DNA from: Candidatus Saccharimonadota bacterium
GTDB taxonomy: Bacteria; Patescibacteriota; Saccharimonadia; QS-5-54-17
Reading direction: 5' to 3'
NCBI GenBank assembly: GCA_050486185.1
Contig: JBJHCT010000001.1
Span: forward strand, 178,866 to 242,865
DNA: 64,000 nt
The translations under genes and the position numbers were made by a program. Position 1 is the first letter of the stretch; every line of letters starts with the position of its first letter. The notes beneath the pieces are model-generated. The model had not been told where the DNA came from and searched no databases. It worked only from the letters and a program-made list of their open reading frames with translations. Below, piece after piece: positions 1-9,607 of the stretch.

Positions 1-119
1 CCATTAGCGTAAGGCCAGGCTACGAAAACTGCAATTTTTCCCATTTCGTGAATAATTTTATCACGTTCTGGCTGTTCTTCAGAGGATTTCTCTGTAATTA
101 ACTCATGATTCATGTACAT
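1..119 (-). CDS. Class I aminoacyl-tRNA synthetase, N-terminal fragment (MetRS-like); gene continues beyond window start
   Basis: Reverse-strand translation from 119 gives MYMNHELITEKSSEEQPERDKIIHEMGKIAVFVAWPYANG. This carries the P-Y-A-N-G element that precedes HIGH in class I aaRS. Partial, so it is absent from the ORF track. Confidence 0.4.
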   Translation of the reverse strand, partial: MYMNHELITEKSSEEQPERDKIIHEMGKIAVFVAWPYAN

Positions 120-153
120 ATTATAAACTAAACTTTATAAATAAGCAAATGTA

Positions 154-1134
154 TTAAGATATAATTTCAAATATTTTTTTATCAAATTGCTCAGGCCAAA
201 GCCTAAGTCTTATATAGTTTGCATCTTCTTGTCCAAACTCATCTCCTGAGCGAACAATTATACCTTGTCTTTTTAGTTCGTTTGCAATATTTATTTTATG
301 AGTTTGAATAAATATAAAATTAGCCTCTGTTTTAAAAAACTTTATGTTATTAGATCTTAAAAGCTTATATATCCTCTTCTTGTTCTGCTCATTTTTATTA
401 ATAGTATCTTGTATATACGTGTCTGTTTTTTTAAGAAGATACTCAAAACTATTATATTGTAAATCGCTAATGGAATAAGGGGTTAGTAGTTTTGCTAATA
501 CATTTATATTTTTTGAATTTGAAATGATATAGCCTAACCTTAAGCCAGGAAGCGCATATATTTTTGATAAGGAGCTTACCACATGTACATTTTCATATGT
601 TTCTATACTTTTTATCAATGAATTAATAGCGTAATTAGCAGAGAATCTTAGGTAGGTTTCATCTATTATAAAGTCGTGAATCCTAAAATGTTTTGCTAAA
701 CTAAGTATGTCTTCAGCGCTTATCAGTTTACCCGTGGGATTGTTGGGGTTGCATAATATTACAACAGCTGGCTTATCAATACTTTTACACCTCTTTTTTA
801 ATTTACTTACTACATTTTCTTGAATAGCGTTAACTCTAAATATTTTTGAGTCGTTTTTATTGTAAAATTCATATTCCCAGAATGTTGGGCTTAAAACTAC
901 TCTTGGACGATTTGAGAAATGATCAAGCAATATTCTAATAGCTTCAGTACTACCATTGGTTACCGATATCTGACCTTTTCCTAATGACATTATTTTTTCG
1001 ATAACTGAGTAGTCGTATTTACTATATTGATCACCCGCGTATTTGCCTAGAAAGCTCTCAAGATTTTTTTGTACAAAGTTTAAGTAGTTGATTGGAGGAC
1101 CTAAAGAGTTAAAGTTTTGAGATAAGTCTATCAT
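154..1134 (-). CDS. PLP-dependent aminotransferase, class I/II (HisC/CobD-like)
   Basis: The ILCNPNNPTG motif and the SLSKIYALPGLRLGY motif (PLP-binding Lys in the S-x-S-K context) are typical of histidinol-phosphate aminotransferase / threonine-phosphate decarboxylase family. Confidence 0.7.
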   Translation of the reverse strand: MIDLSQNFNSLGPPINYLNFVQKNLESFLGKYAGDQYSKYDYSVIEKIMSLGKGQISVTNGSTEAIRILLDHFSNRPRVVLSPTFWEYEFYNKNDSKIFRVNAIQENVVSKLKKRCKSIDKPAVVILCNPNNPTGKLISAEDILSLAKHFRIHDFIIDETYLRFSANYAINSLIKSIETYENVHVVSSLSKIYALPGLRLGYIISNSKNINVLAKLLTPYSISDLQYNSFEYLLKKTDTYIQDTINKNEQNKKRIYKLLRSNNIKFFKTEANFIFIQTHKINIANELKRQGIIVRSGDEFGQEDANYIRLRLWPEQFDKKIFEIIS

Positions 1135-1683
1135 TTAGATGTCTGAATAAATGTTACGTATATATTCAAGAAGCTGGACTAGGTTTTTTTCATTCGTATT
1201 AGGATTGCCTGGCATAAATCGTAAAGGGTAGATTAATGCACCCTCTTCAAATACTCCTTTGTCAGGAATGCTGAATTGGTGTACATGGTATTTACCTTCA
1301 TCAATTATTCTTTTGTGTATAGCCTGATTTATTTGATTAATTTCATTGATTGAAATTCCTTTTATTTCTGGTTTATACATAAACGCTACAGCGTTTATGT
1401 CTACATCGTTTACAGAAACAAAGTCAGTAGACTTATCAACCATATTTTTAAGTTTTAATGCCAGATTATGTCTATCCTCGATAATTAGACCATAACCTTC
1501 TCTTCCAATATTCTTTATCGCAAACCATAGTTTAAGGGACAGCCAAGACTTACTGCCTATGTTTGGTGTAATTTGACCGAAGGCGTACTGTTCTTTCATT
1601 ATTAGGTCAGAAATACTGGAAATACTTTTCATTTTACCTGGATCTTTAACAAGTAGTGCGCTGAGAGTGTAGGGTATATTCAT
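1135..1683 (-). pseudogene. C-terminal fragment of a group II PLP-dependent decarboxylase (MfnA/GadB-like); N-terminal half missing
   Basis: It starts about 10 aa before a DPGKMK (DPHK-like PLP-Lys) motif. It then matches the decarboxylase C-terminal pattern ...SKSWLSLKLWFAIKNIGREGYGLI...DINAVAFMY. It is only 182 aa, and the upstream space is occupied by an unrelated gene in another frame. Confidence 0.5.
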
Positions 1684-1730
1684 AACTTTATGTGGGTCAG
1701 TTGTAACACTGTCAAAAAGCTCAATTCCTT

Positions 1731-2783
1731 TTATTTTATGTTTGAGTTCTCTTTGTGTAGATACTCAGCGTGACGAAGATCTGCATCAGGACTGTCCAGT
1801 ATGTGTAGTGAGTACTGAAATGGAAGATTTTGGTACGGGCTTAATCCATCAAAATATGGTACTAAAGAAGAAAGCGTTTCATAATCAAAAAAATACAGTG
1901 GATATTCAAACCCTGAGAGAAACTCCGAAATACTATCCCGCTTTATAATCGGTCTGCCCGACCGGCTCGTTTCAAGATATAGGGCCTGTTTGGTCTTTAG
2001 TTTAAAGTCATCGGGTATATCGGAGATTAGATTAATACCAGCATCCTCAAGGTCGGCTAATTGTTTGGAGGTGAGTTGGTATAGGTTATAGATACTATCT
2101 GGCTCAACCTTCATGAGGTGTTTGTAAATATCTAGCCATTCCCGAAAAGCGTCCTTACTAGCTAGCGTAGGTGAAAGATCAGGCTTAACACCAGAGTTAA
2201 GCATATCTATCGCAGCTTGAGACTGCTCGGCAACAAGCTCCCTATTATCCTTAACTTTTTCGGTGATATCGGTTATCTCTGTTAAACCTTTTGCATCTAT
2301 GTCGCCATGGCGTACATACTGGCTGTTTACATGTACGACTGCAATATTTCGCACTTCAAATCCACACCCCTCTAAAACTATTGTTTGAAATGCTAAATCA
2401 ATCTCATGGTCAGGCTTGGCGCTACTACTAGACTTGATCTCATATAGGTCAACAGTTTTGTCATCTACAAGCTCGATAATGTCACAGATGAAGGTGCGGT
2501 CCTCATACTCAAAGCGTCCCTGGAATATAGTGGTTGCACCATCCTCTAAAGCTTTTAGCGTACGTTCAGGTAGCGTTTTATACTCTTCATAATTATCAAA
2601 TCCTAATCTTACTCCACCTGGGAATAGTGATTCTGCATAGGGTTCAAAAGCATTGCCTGTGTCGAATATAGCCTGTAGCTTGTCGCTGACTGGCGGTAGC
2701 TTAGAAGGGTCATGTTTTTTTAACCACAGCCAAGCTGGGTGTTTTAAGTACGTCATGTAGTCTGATTTAGAGAGTTGCATCAT
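1731..2783 (-). CDS. Cas4/RecB-like PD-(D/E)xK nuclease with a DUF2779-like C-terminal segment
   Basis: N-terminus MMQLSKSDYMTYLKHPAWLWL. D..E.K motif in CDIIELVDD...DLYEIKS. C-terminal FFDYETLSSLVPYFDGLSPYQNLPFQYSLHIL resembles the DUF2779 signature. Confidence 0.5.
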   Translation of the reverse strand: MMQLSKSDYMTYLKHPAWLWLKKHDPSKLPPVSDKLQAIFDTGNAFEPYAESLFPGGVRLGFDNYEEYKTLPERTLKALEDGATTIFQGRFEYEDRTFICDIIELVDDKTVDLYEIKSSSSAKPDHEIDLAFQTIVLEGCGFEVRNIAVVHVNSQYVRHGDIDAKGLTEITDITEKVKDNRELVAEQSQAAIDMLNSGVKPDLSPTLASKDAFREWLDIYKHLMKVEPDSIYNLYQLTSKQLADLEDAGINLISDIPDDFKLKTKQALYLETSRSGRPIIKRDSISEFLSGFEYPLYFFDYETLSSLVPYFDGLSPYQNLPFQYSLHILDSPDADLRHAEYLHKENSNIK

Positions 2784-3888
2784 TCAATTCATCGAGTAAA
2801 CTTCTGTAAATTGCAATAAACTCGTCAATTTCGGAAGATTTTGACATTTGATTTGGTGATATGTACAGCCTGCTGGATTTTATATTTTGATCACTTTTAC
2901 CAAACAATCCCTTTGAAATAACCTGACTGTATAAGTCGCGCAAGACATTAACCATCGGCGATTTTTTTTCATAGAAAAAGTACGAGAGCATTCCGTTTGA
3001 TTCAAACTCGTAGTTATATTTTTCATCAAGAAAGAATGATTTAGCAAAATCTTCATCGCCCCGCTTTGATTTATAGTACTCAATGCGTCCACCGGTTTTT
3101 GTAGAGAGTATCTTATTCAATTCGTGAATTTGTACTGCTTGTTTGACAGTTAGGGCACTCTTATCATACTGGCCAAGCTTCAATATGTTTAGAAATGTTT
3201 CTTCATCACATGGTTCAGAGTCAACATTAGTCCCGGTCTTTTTAGAAGTTGATACTTCCTTCTTAACTTCAGCACCATAGATTTTAGGAATAATTATTTC
3301 AAATGATTTATGCTTATAGTACTCAAGCTCCACAGCATACAAATCAAATCTGCTGTTTTGGTTTACAAAAATCACTAGATCCTTAAGTGCATCATGTAAT
3401 TTGTCCATAAGTACAACGAACTTAATGCTTCCGTCATGAAGGTTAGATCTAATTGTTGCAATGTTATCTGTTGCATCGTCTAGTTCAAAGAAATCGGCAT
3501 AGGCCTGACGAAAAGAGTTGGTAAACTCCTTTTGACAGTGCTCGTCGATTCTTGACTCAAAATCTTCAAAGTTAACAGCATGACGCCATAGAGATGCTCC
3601 ATAGTCTAGAGCCTGTGCTACGACCGTTCGTTTGTCTGGATTTTTATAAAGCTTGGTCTCAACAACATAGATATTGCCGTTTGCGTCAAATCCCAAAGCG
3701 TCTATAGGGCCACTCTTAGTGTTAAACTCTCGTGCCGCAATGAATAAGCGTGTATCTTCGTCTATATCGTAGAGTGGTATTGCATCAGGGTTATCATAAA
3801 TATATTGTTGCAGCTTGTCTTCAAGCCCAAACTGAGACTCATCAATACGTTTTGCGTCTTTCCCGTTTTCAGAAATAATTATTGCCAT
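2767..3888 (-). CDS. PD-(D/E)xK nuclease-fold protein (NucS/DUF91-like N-terminal domain), function unknown
   Basis: GPIDALGFDANGNIYVVETKL fits the restriction-endonuclease-like D-x(n)-E-x-K core. A long C-terminal region has no recognisable motif. It overlaps the downstream nuclease gene by 17 nt, which is operon-like. Confidence 0.45.
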   Translation of the reverse strand: MAIIISENGKDAKRIDESQFGLEDKLQQYIYDNPDAIPLYDIDEDTRLFIAAREFNTKSGPIDALGFDANGNIYVVETKLYKNPDKRTVVAQALDYGASLWRHAVNFEDFESRIDEHCQKEFTNSFRQAYADFFELDDATDNIATIRSNLHDGSIKFVVLMDKLHDALKDLVIFVNQNSRFDLYAVELEYYKHKSFEIIIPKIYGAEVKKEVSTSKKTGTNVDSEPCDEETFLNILKLGQYDKSALTVKQAVQIHELNKILSTKTGGRIEYYKSKRGDEDFAKSFFLDEKYNYEFESNGMLSYFFYEKKSPMVNVLRDLYSQVISKGLFGKSDQNIKSSRLYISPNQMSKSSEIDEFIAIYRSLLDELNDATL

Positions 3889-3998
3889 GTTTTGAGTTTA
3901 ACACTTTTTACATACTAAAGTTACTTTCACAAGCCCTATTATTAAGACCCGTACATCATAGGGTGAGTAATTCATGGACTTGCCCTTGGTGTCTGTAT

Positions 3999-4072
3999 TG
4001 GCTGGGGTGCTAGGATTCGAACCTAGGATCACGGTACCAAAAACCGTTGCCTTACCACTTGGCTACACCCCA
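3999..4072 (-). tRNA. tRNA-Gln (anticodon UUG)
   Basis: Reverse complement folds as a cloverleaf: UGGGGUG acceptor with U1-A72 and G73, anticodon loop UUUUGGU, T-arm GGUUCGAAUCC, 3' CCA. Confidence 0.75.
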
Positions 4073-4188
4073 TCAGTGTAGTTTAGATTATCCTTGATTA
4101 AACACAGCTATTGTAGCAAATCATAGGTATTAGCGCTACGAAAAGGGGTATTGCTTCTAACTCCTATCTATTAGATACTATATCTAAT

Positions 4189-5256
4189 ATGAAAAAGTTA
4201 GGTGATCTAATGCAGCTTAAAGTAGATGTAAGTAATAAAACTATTTTCAGAGTCTTTGCTGTAGCACTAGTATTTTTACTAGCCATACAATTTGTGATGG
4301 TAGCTCGCACTGCTCTAGTACTGATTTTCGTCTCTTTCTTCTTAGCCATAGCATTTAACCCGGTAGTTAGCTATCTGTCACAGTGGATGCCAAGAAAAAG
4401 TCGAGGGCTAGCAACTGCCTCTACCTATGTAGTGGTTATAGTAGTTTTTGGTGTATTGATCTCCTCCCTGCTACCTCCTATCGCTAGACAGACCGGTCAG
4501 TTAATTGATAGCTTGCCAGGATACATACAGCAGCTTCAGGAATCTGATGGAGTTCTGAGCTCTATAGTAGGATATTATGATACCGAGGATGCTGGTACTA
4601 ACTTGCAAGAAGAGCTAACGCAGAGGTTCTCTGGTGCTAGTGAGCCGGTATTAGCTTTCATGGGCCGCATATTTTCAAATGTAGTCTCTACTCTAACTGT
4701 ACTTGTTGTAACCTTCTTCATGTTGGTAGAAGGGCCGCGTTGGGTTAATAAGTTCTGGGATCTACATCCCAAACATCACCGCAAGCACCGTCAGAGTTTG
4801 GCCGATAAGATGTATAGGATTATTACAGCCTACGTCAACGGCCAGCTACTAATAGCCGCTATCAACGGTCTAGTTACTTTCATAGTCTTAAGTATTGTCG
4901 GCATCCCATACGCCCTATCACTAGCCGCTATATCGGCTCTACTTGGTCTAATTCCGGTCATAGGTACTACTTTAGGTGCAGTTATCATCATAACTGTCGG
5001 ACTATTCGAGTCAACAACTGCAGCTATCATCCTAACTATCTACTTCATAGTCTATCAACAGATTGAAAACAACGTTATTCAACCAGCTATACAGTCTAGA
5101 TCACTAGGCATGTCTCCACTTCTAATTTTGATCTCAGTGATTATCGGTTTCTCGCTAGCCGGTATCTTGGGCGGTCTATTAGCTATACCGATTATGGGTT
5201 GCTTGCGAGTTTTGGTACTTGACTACATTAAGCAACATCACCTTGCTAATGCCTAA
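4189..5256 (+). CDS. AI-2E family transporter (PerM/YhhT-like)
   Basis: Multi-TM protein with the family signature IVYQQIENNVIQPAIQSR. Confidence 0.8.
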   Translation: MKKLGDLMQLKVDVSNKTIFRVFAVALVFLLAIQFVMVARTALVLIFVSFFLAIAFNPVVSYLSQWMPRKSRGLATASTYVVVIVVFGVLISSLLPPIARQTGQLIDSLPGYIQQLQESDGVLSSIVGYYDTEDAGTNLQEELTQRFSGASEPVLAFMGRIFSNVVSTLTVLVVTFFMLVEGPRWVNKFWDLHPKHHRKHRQSLADKMYRIITAYVNGQLLIAAINGLVTFIVLSIVGIPYALSLAAISALLGLIPVIGTTLGAVIIITVGLFESTTAAIILTIYFIVYQQIENNVIQPAIQSRSLGMSPLLILISVIIGFSLAGILGGLLAIPIMGCLRVLVLDYIKQHHLANA

Positions 5257-5287
5257 AAAGAACTCTAAAAAGGAGTTTTAAAGTAAC

Positions 5288-6343
5288 ATGCAGGCAACTA
5301 TCGACATTTCTACCAAGGCAATCGTTAGAAGACTACTATTTGTAGTAGCTTTATTGGCTATAGCTACACTAGCTTACAACCTCCAGGGCGTTATTAGGAT
5401 GTTTATCATCGCCTTTTTCATAGCTTTAGTGATGCATGGACCAACCACTAAGCTGCAACAGTACGTTATAGCTCAAAACCGTAAACTAGCTGCCATAGTG
5501 GCCTTTATGTCGATTGGCTTTGTAGTCTCTGTCGTTATAGCCCTAGTAATACCAGTGATATCAAATCAAGCTAGAGAACTAGCCTTGCAAGCTCCGGGAT
5601 ATTTCCATGATCTGTCTAGTGGGGATGGATTTATATCTACTTGGATGCAGAATCTAGATATAGTTGGTAGTTTCCAGGACTTTCTAGCGAGTATTGCTAG
5701 TGGTTTAACTCTATCAGTTGATTTAATTATCGACGTTGCAGCTAGGGTTTTAGATAACATCATAACCTTCCTATTTACTATAGTTTTAGCCTTTCTGATG
5801 GTAGTTGAAGGGCCAAATTGGGCTAAACAGTCGAAGAAGTTCATACCAAAGTCCGCATCCCCTGCTTTAACTGAGTTGATGCCAAAGATGTACAAGGCAG
5901 TTACTGGTTTTGTGGCAGGACAGATTATTGTCACCTCTATAGCGGCTACAGCTACATTGATACTGTTATTTATATTCGGTGTTCCCGCTCCATTGTCTCT
6001 AGCGGCTGTCATATGGGTGACGGGCCTAATCCCACTCATCGGTAATACTCTAGGCGCAGTTATAGTTGTCGCAGTAGCGCTATCACAATCAGTCTTTGTA
6101 GCTATCTTCCTAGGAGTCTACTACATCATCTATCAGCAAATTGAAAACAATGTTTTTGAGCCGATTGTGCAGTCTAGAACAGTCAGTCTAACTCCACTAT
6201 ATGTCATTATCTCAGCCGTTATAGGTGTTTTTGCCGCCGGCTTTATAGGAGCGTTGATCGCTATACCGGTTGGAGCTTGTGTGAAGATTGTAGCTGAACA
6301 CTTCCTAAATGAGAGTTTAGACCCGGATAAATCTAGTACTTAA
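5288..6343 (+). CDS. AI-2E family transporter (paralog)
   Basis: Same architecture as the adjacent transporter, and the same YQQIENNVFEPIVQSR signature. Confidence 0.8.
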   Translation: MQATIDISTKAIVRRLLFVVALLAIATLAYNLQGVIRMFIIAFFIALVMHGPTTKLQQYVIAQNRKLAAIVAFMSIGFVVSVVIALVIPVISNQARELALQAPGYFHDLSSGDGFISTWMQNLDIVGSFQDFLASIASGLTLSVDLIIDVAARVLDNIITFLFTIVLAFLMVVEGPNWAKQSKKFIPKSASPALTELMPKMYKAVTGFVAGQIIVTSIAATATLILLFIFGVPAPLSLAAVIWVTGLIPLIGNTLGAVIVVAVALSQSVFVAIFLGVYYIIYQQIENNVFEPIVQSRTVSLTPLYVIISAVIGVFAAGFIGALIAIPVGACVKIVAEHFLNESLDPDKSST

Positions 6344-7148
6344 TACAGTAAAGTAAAGCGATGTTACGAGGGCGAGCTTCTGTCCCACCGCTATCTGCAG
6401 TATTGCCGGATATGCTATGAGTATGAGACCCATTACTGGTTGTAGACATAGTGCCATTACGGAAATACATTGTTGCATCATCATGTATCCCACCCTGACT
6501 AAAGCGAGGATTACTGCCGTCTTTTACTCTAAGTCCAGCCGTTTCACCAACAGTAGGTACAGTTATAGTTGGGCTAGATCCATTGTTTGCAATCATACGG
6601 ACTTGATTTAGGTAGTTCTGGGTATGTGTATGTGCTCCATCTGAGGCTGCTGTCAGTGATCCTGAATCATGTTGATGCTCTTTATTTTGATCTGCCTGAG
6701 CTGAACCTAAGTCTCTTCCGGTATCTACCCCTCTACCATCATCCCAAGCCCTAAGAAATTCACCCCTTAAGTCAGGTAGGTTAAAAGTAGTCGACCCATC
6801 ACCTACGCCATATTCAGTACCTATAATTGCAAATAAGTCTGCATACTGAGTGCGAGATACTGCCTGACCGTTACATTTCAGCCAGCCGTCAGGTTCTGCG
6901 TTCATAATAAAGCTCATAATAGCTCCTGGAGGAACCGAGGGTGCGCTGCTGCCAGTCACCCAAGTTGAGGTAGCCTCCTCATAGACCAACGTATCTCCAT
7001 CACTAGGACTATTAGCTGCAAGATTACTAATTTGCTCTAAGTTAATATTTCTCAAGCTACCATCTTGATTGTGGGCCACTTCAAGGAACTCATTTAGTAT
7101 GTCTCCCCAGGTACCAATATCTTCGCCTGGTATAGGCAGACGCGCCAT
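6333..7148 (-). CDS. Phage tail-collar domain (tail fibre-like) protein
   Basis: The MARLPIPGEDIGTWGDILNEFL N-terminus and GWLKCNGQAVSRTQYADLFAIIGTEYGVGDGSTTFNLPDLRGEF match the phage tail collar / T4 gp12-like motif (Y.ALF..IG..YG.GDG.TTFnLPDLRG). Confidence 0.8.
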   Translation of the reverse strand: MARLPIPGEDIGTWGDILNEFLEVAHNQDGSLRNINLEQISNLAANSPSDGDTLVYEEATSTWVTGSSAPSVPPGAIMSFIMNAEPDGWLKCNGQAVSRTQYADLFAIIGTEYGVGDGSTTFNLPDLRGEFLRAWDDGRGVDTGRDLGSAQADQNKEHQHDSGSLTAASDGAHTHTQNYLNQVRMIANNGSSPTITVPTVGETAGLRVKDGSNPRFSQGGIHDDATMYFRNGTMSTTSNGSHTHSISGNTADSGGTEARPRNIALLYCIKY

Positions 7149-7220
7149 AAACTATCTCCTTAATTAAAAACTATTTTTATATATATATTTTAGCATGAGC
7201 TTAAATATATGAGTAATAAG

Positions 7221-8591
7221 CTACACCCTACTCCATATCTGTCCAGCCGGCGTATCACGCACCTCCAAGCCTTTATCTAGTAGCCTGTCTCTGAGTTCAT
7301 CTGCTAGCTTCCAGTCACTAGCCTCTCTAGCCTGAGAGCGCTTCTCAAGCAGCTCCTTATCACTCTTCTTGATATCGGTAGTTTTAAGCAGGTCTAGTCC
7401 TAACACCTGATCTACTAGTCCTAAATACTCTTCAAACTCCTCTCTTTGGTTCTCACCTACCAAGTAATCAGAGATCATACGAAAACTATCACCTAGCGCG
7501 CTCAAGGCTTTAGGTGTGTTGATATCCTCAGCCATAGCTTTTAGGAAATTATCAGTATGCTTAGTGAAATCTATATTCGAATTATCACTTATGGGCTGCC
7601 AGCGTAAATCTGCTACTGCATGTAAGCTCTTTAGTCTAGTAGCGGCAGTATCTAGTAAATCCCAAGAAAAATCTATACTAGATCGATAGTGGGACTGCAA
7701 TATCAGTAGCCTTAGAGCCATAGGATCATATCCTTTATCTACAACCTCTTTGATAGTATAAAAGTTGCCTTTTGATTTAGCCATTTTAGAGCCTTTAATG
7801 TTTAGGAATCCGCTATGTAGCCAGTACTTAACGAAAGGAGTTTTTCCTGATATGGACTCCATCTGAGTGATCTCTGCTTCGTGGTGTGGGAAGATTAGAT
7901 CTACTGCTCCACCATGGATATCGTACTGGTCGCCAAAGATTTCTTGGGTGATGGCGGTATCTTCTATATGCCAACCCGGCCTACCACTACCAAAAGGAGC
8001 ATGCCACTCCGGTTCATTTGGTTTAGAAAACTTCCATAAACAAAAGTCATTCCAACCCCTCTTTTTATCACTCTCATCTATGCGGCTTTGAGCGTCATCC
8101 TCAGCTATCTCTGCTCGTCCAGATAACTTGCCATAATCAGGAAACTTAGCAATCTCAAAATAGATACCGTCGCCTTTGATGGTGTAGGCAAAACCTTTAT
8201 CTAGTAATACCTCTACTTGTTTGATGATGTTGTCGATATGATCAGTTGCTCTAGCATATTTATCTACAGAAACGTTGTTGAGTAACTTCATATCTTCTAT
8301 GTATAGCTTTTCGTACTTTTTGGCTAGTTCTTGTGGGTCTTTACCCTCAACTTCTGCTCTATCGATAATCTTGTCATCAATATCAGTGATGTTTTGTAAA
8401 TAAAACACCTTATACCCTAAAGCCTTTAGAGTTCTAGCTACTACATCCATAGCTACGTAAGTCTTGGCGTGTCCTATATGGGTATGATCATAAACGGTTG
8501 GACCACAGACAAAGAAGTTGACCCTTGTCTCATCCAGGGGCTTAAAATCTTCTAATTTACCACCTAAAGTATTATGCAGTTTTAGCTGCAT
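7221..8591 (-). CDS. cysS: Cysteine--tRNA ligase
   Basis: CGPTVYDHTHIGHA (HIGH) and KMAKSKGN (KMSKS) motifs; 456 aa. Confidence 0.9.
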   Translation of the reverse strand: MQLKLHNTLGGKLEDFKPLDETRVNFFVCGPTVYDHTHIGHAKTYVAMDVVARTLKALGYKVFYLQNITDIDDKIIDRAEVEGKDPQELAKKYEKLYIEDMKLLNNVSVDKYARATDHIDNIIKQVEVLLDKGFAYTIKGDGIYFEIAKFPDYGKLSGRAEIAEDDAQSRIDESDKKRGWNDFCLWKFSKPNEPEWHAPFGSGRPGWHIEDTAITQEIFGDQYDIHGGAVDLIFPHHEAEITQMESISGKTPFVKYWLHSGFLNIKGSKMAKSKGNFYTIKEVVDKGYDPMALRLLILQSHYRSSIDFSWDLLDTAATRLKSLHAVADLRWQPISDNSNIDFTKHTDNFLKAMAEDINTPKALSALGDSFRMISDYLVGENQREEFEEYLGLVDQVLGLDLLKTTDIKKSDKELLEKRSQAREASDWKLADELRDRLLDKGLEVRDTPAGQIWSRV

Positions 8592-9607
8592 TATTTATTC
8601 TCCTCATTACTGTAATACTCATCCATATACTTATCGGCCATTTTAACTAGCTTATTTCTGGCTTGCTTGAGAGATCTAGCCTCTATCCTACAACCAGCGG
8701 CTAGGTCATGTCCACCACCACCGAATTCCTCAGCGATTTTGCGCGCTACGGGTATATGAGCCCTCATAGTTATGGTAAAGAGATTGTGACCCACGTCAGT
8801 GACACCGATACTTAATTTAACGTCCTTAACGGTCAATAGCTCATATTTAATATATTCAGATATTGAGCCTCTAGTTTTCAGCCATTTGCGCAAACGCTTG
8901 CTAGTGCTAAAGATAGCGACTCTACCATCTAAATAGTATTTGGTTTTAGCAGCTAGTTTGCTTTTAGCTCGGTAGGTATCCTTGTCGATAGCAAAAGCCT
9001 GGTCATACTCGTAGTTAATATCGGCTATGTTGATACCATAATCAAGCAGCTCGCCAACTGTCCTGAGATGTTCTGAGCTGATCTTATCGATCATTAATTT
9101 ACGGGTATCATACATATATGCTAGTAATATGAGACGAGCAAACTCTTTATCTATGGGCCAATTTAGCTCTTTAGCGATTCTATAAACTATCTCAGCTGCA
9201 GCCGGAGCATTGCTATCTACAATTTTCAGATCGGCAAAATCAAAAGAGCCGGGTATTTCTGGATGGTGATCAATGATTATGAAGTTCTTTTTCTTAAGCC
9301 CTGGGCCTTGGTCTTTGAGAGCTTGAGAGATTAATTTCTCCTCATTAGTATCAGTTACTATTACAGTGTCGTATTCTTCGGGGAATTCATCGACAAAATA
9401 CTCACCAAATAGCTCCTCGTTAGCTCCTCTGAGCTGTTTGAGGCAGACCAAGGTATTAGCTACGTTGATAGAGTCAAGCCCCAACTTTATAGCTACTGAT
9501 GAGGCTAGACTATCAAGATCGGGATTATCTGGCTGAAGTAATACTACGTGATGAGAATCTAGTAACATATTATCTAGCTGTTTGATGAGCTGTTTGTTGA
9601 TACTCAT
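8591..9607 (-). CDS. nrnA: DHH/DHHA1 phosphoesterase (NrnA-like nanoRNase / pAp phosphatase)
   Basis: IIIDHHPE (DHH) and FGGGGHDLAAG (DHHA1 GGGH) motifs. Confidence 0.75.
   Translation of the reverse strand: MSINKQLIKQLDNMLLDSHHVVLLQPDNPDLDSLASSVAIKLGLDSINVANTLVCLKQLRGANEELFGEYFVDEFPEEYDTVIVTDTNEEKLISQALKDQGPGLKKKNFIIIDHHPEIPGSFDFADLKIVDSNAPAAAEIVYRIAKELNWPIDKEFARLILLAYMYDTRKLMIDKISSEHLRTVGELLDYGINIADINYEYDQAFAIDKDTYRAKSKLAAKTKYYLDGRVAIFSTSKRLRKWLKTRGSISEYIKYELLTVKDVKLSIGVTDVGHNLFTITMRAHIPVARKIAEEFGGGGHDLAAGCRIEARSLKQARNKLVKMADKYMDEYYSNEENK

Noticed and set aside
1684-1730. Possibility that 1135..1683 and 1731..2783 form one frameshifted DUF2779 gene
   Set aside because: The 1135..1683 product matches the C-terminal domain of PLP-dependent group II decarboxylases (DPGKMK PLP-Lys region, KLWF, AVAFMY blocks), not DUF2779. 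It is better explained as a truncated decarboxylase remnant.
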